64,000 bases of DNA from Geosiphon pyriformis uo1 (lineage: Eukaryota > Fungi > Glomeromycota): positions 50,187-114,186 of the forward strand of contig JAAOMT010000354.1 of the NCBI GenBank assembly GCA_016748015.1. The letters are read 5' to 3'. The translations under genes were made by a program, and so were the position numbers. Shown here piece by piece: positions 63,209-64,000 of the stretch (its first letter is position 1; each line of letters opens with the position of its first letter). The notes below the pieces were generated by a model. The model worked only from the letters and a program-made list of their open reading frames with translations. It was not told the origin of the DNA and searched no databases.

Positions 63209-64000
63209 TCACTGGATGGTAAGTCTGGAGAGAGCATTGGTGTTTTGATGATTAGCTCCTTTACGGTATTGAATGTCATAGTCGAATTTGTCCAAGTGGA
63301 GTATTCAGCAAGTTATCCATTTATGTTTCAGGTTTTTTTTGTTGCGTAGCCAAACCAAAGCTTGGTAATCTGTTACCACCAAAAATTTTACACCCTTAAG
63401 ATATTTGTCCCAGTAGCTGGTAGCCCAAACTACTGCTAAGCATTCCTGCTCAGTAATTGAGTAGTTTCTTTCTGCTGGTGTGAGAGTTCTACTGGCATAT
63501 GCTACGGCATGTTCTCTGTTATCTTCATCTTTTTGGGAAAGAACAGCACCAAGTCCATAGCCAGATGCATTAGTGTAGAGAATAAAAGGTTGATCCAAAT
63601 TAGGTTGCATGAGGATGGGTTTTGTAACCAGTTTTTCCTTCAGAATTTCAAATGCTTTTTGTTGATGAGTGCTCCAGTAATAATTGATGTTTTTCCTAAG
63701 TAGCTGATTGAGAGGAGCAGCGATTTTGAAGAAATCTTTGACAAACTTGCGATAATAAGAGGCCAAACCAAAAAAAGAGCATAGTTCATGAACATTCATT
63801 GGTTGTCTAATGTTTTGAACTTTTTCAATTTTGGCTGGATCAGGGAAGATTCCATCTTTTGTAATAAGATGGCCAAGGAACTGGGTGGATTGACGTCCAA
63901 AGAATGATTTGATTGGATTGATCTTGAGACCAGCATTTCTAAGGAGGTCAAAAACCTTTTGCAAATGTTCAAGATGTTCATCCCAGGTTTTTGAGTATAC
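63209..64000 (-). pseudogene. pol: Element E RT C-terminus and RNase H
   Basis: FLGHLI, FFGLASYYRKFV, LYTNASGYGLGAVL, VAYASRTL, EQECLAVVWA. One TGA for Trp at 63305; ends NALSRLTIQ. Confidence 0.95.

Larger units (their letters stand above)
60425..64000 (-). mobile_element. Ty3/gypsy element E (3' half), least decayed; continues beyond the window
   Basis: 3' LTR 60425-61162 (TGTTA...TAACA), PPT GGAGAGGATGA, and RT-RH, integrase and ORF3 with few lesions. Confidence 0.95.

Noticed and set aside
4834-64000. Alternative genetic code or RNA editing to explain the frequent stops
   Set aside because: Stops differ between copies and come with frameshifts and missense transitions, which fits mutational decay.

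Overview
This is a very AT-rich eukaryotic window, about 90% decayed retroelements. Short GT-AG introns, a SEL1-repeat pseudogene and the element families point to a Glomeromycotina-type fungus (inference, not tested). Positions 1-4.6 kb hold a SEL1-repeat pseudogene, a spliced minus-strand gene remnant spanning a 1000-N gap, and a 221-bp higher-order tandem repeat. The rest is a nested retroelement stack. It has four LINE copies (ORF1 with CCHC; ORF2 APE-RT-RNase H-CCHC), one split into two oppositely oriented halves that rejoin at the same codon. It also has two full-length Ty3/gypsy elements (12681-22557, 34516-45417), a third running off the window end (60425-64000), a non-autonomous derivative (46282-49547) and four solo LTRs. 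The LTRs end in TGTTA...TAACA or transition-mutated variants, with 4-bp target-site duplications wherever both flanks are visible. The most unusual system is the gypsy family architecture: gag-protease-(Cys-rich domain)-dUTPase-RT-RNase H, then an apparently separately encoded GIN1/Ginger-like integrase, then a conserved non-Env accessory ORF before the PPT. Repeats show strongly C>T/G>A-biased decay, including non-CpG (TCA) sites. All coordinates and alignments were read by eye, and domain boundaries are approximate.
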